Source: Paramoeba atlantica (Eukaryota; Protista; Discosea). Taken from it: DNA of 64,000 bases. The translations under genes and the position numbers were made by a program. The DNA lies in the NCBI GenBank assembly GCA_977017575.1, contig CDRNVI010000007.1, forward strand, positions 300,102-364,101. Direction: 5' to 3'. Below are positions 62,877 through 64,000 of this stretch, piece by piece; positions within the stretch are counted from its first letter, which is position 1, and each line of letters starts with the position of its first letter. The notes below the pieces were generated by a model, which saw only the letters and a program-made list of their open reading frames with translations, was not told the origin of the DNA and did no database searches.

Positions 62877-64000
62877 ATGGCTGGCGCAAAAACCATTTCA
62901 AAAAGATATTACCATATTATAGCTTTGGTGATGCTGATATTCTTTGTAATATCTTTTATTACCAACATACTGAATTCAATAATTGTTGACGTAAAAAACA
63001 GTTTTGACCTTAGTTTAACATTGACAGGGTTGCTACCGTTTGCTTTTTTTATTGCATATGGTGTAATGTCTATTCCTGCTGGGTTTTTGTCCGAAAGGTA
63101 TAGTGATAAAACCCTGTTGTCGTTGTCATTCCTGCTCATGGCTTTGGCCTCCATGGGTTTTGCTTTCTTTCCTAGTTACGCTGTATTTAGTATTACGCTA
63201 TTTACCTTGGGTTCATGCATGGCTGTTTTGCAAGTTATTATAAACCCAATGCTTAGGGCTGCAGGAGGTGAAGAGCATTTTGCATTCAACTCTGTTCTGG
63301 CACAGTTGGTATTTGGGTTAGCTTCTTTTCTTAGCCCTTTTTTATACAAATATATAGTCGATACAAGTTCAGATGAACTGGGATTGGCTTGTTATTTAAG
63401 AGGTTTGGTTCCTGAAAAATCTACCCTGGGTAGGGCTTTATATGATTTTTTCTGTAATTGCTTTGGTATTATTGGCTGTTGTTTTTTTTACCAGATATCC
63501 AAAGTATAAAAAGAATGAAGATGAAATAGCAGGAGATTCAGGTTCGTATTTTAGCCTATTAAAGAATAAATGGGCCATTTTATTTTTTCTTGGAATCTTT
63601 TGTTATGTTGGAACAGAGCAAGGAGTAGGCAATTGGATTTCCCAATTTCTTTATCAATATCATGGTTTGGATGCTCAAACGGTTGGCGCTGATACCGTGG
63701 CCTATTTCTGGGCCATGTTAACTGTTGGTTGTTTGCTGGGATTACTACTGCTAAAAATCATGGATAGCAGAAAACTTTTGATTGGAGCCACCGCAATTAC
63801 AATGGTATTCTTGGTTCTGGCTCTTACGGGAAGCGCTGAGGTTGCCCTGTTTGCTTTTCCGGCAATAGGTTTCTTTATCTCGGTTATGTGGTCAATTATT
63901 TTTTCCCTCGCACTTAATTCTGTGAAGGAAAACCATGGGTCACTTTCAGGAATATTATGTACCGGAATTGCAGGGGGAGCAATCATCCCTTTTTTAGTGG
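62877..64000 (+). CDS. FucP/GluP-type MFS sugar:H+ symporter (frameshift at ~63415-63419, runs off the window)
   Basis: FFIAYGVMSIPAG, LQVIINP, FCYVGTEQG, SVMWSIIFSL, GIAGGAIIP; removing one A restores VPENLPWVGLY. Confidence 0.88.

Noticed and set aside
1-64000. tRNA, rRNA, SL RNA and telomeric repeats
   Set aside because: No cloverleaf, rRNA-like, spliced-leader or TTAGGG-array sequence seen by eye; a covariance-model scan would be needed to exclude small ncRNAs

Overview
The window joins two different genomes. Bases 1 to ~57,712 are eukaryotic: about 27 apparently intron-free genes, all on the + strand, several preceded by polypyrimidine tract + AG acceptors. This layout indicates a kinetoplastid-type polycistronic unit (inferred; possibly a Perkinsela-like or bodonid lineage). 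Recognisable genes are an NPC1 N-terminal-domain protein, thioredoxin, a GNAT, CCCH and CCHC zinc-finger proteins, an MFS transporter, eIF4E, XPB, NAF1, NOL10/ENP2, a type II PI4K followed by a PI4K-like pseudokinase, an oxoglutarate-type mitochondrial carrier, a CUE protein, tepsin, an RS/RRM protein, three LRR proteins and a truncated FolD with a ~210-aa insertion. Between them lie dense islands of class II transposons: an intact Tc1/IS630-like DD32E element with ~105-bp TIRs and TA TSD, a DD35E element inserted inside the TIR of a MITE (empty site reconstructable), several MITEs including a deletion derivative of the DD32E family, a 95-bp hairpin element, unclassified tandem-repeat elements and an RLE-type non-LTR retrotransposon relic. 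At ~57,712 the sequence switches mid-gene into a Bacteroidota polysaccharide-utilisation locus (susC, susD, secreted PIG-L deacetylase, FucP-type MFS) with two homopolymer frameshifts; this is most likely an assembly or read chimera rather than gene transfer. No rRNA, tRNA or CRISPR was seen. The best candidates for new biology are the Tc1/MITE system in a kinetoplastid-like genome, recurrent C-to-G skew-flip islands, the kinase/pseudokinase pair and the unusual FolD. All family calls are from motif recognition by eye; no database search was run.
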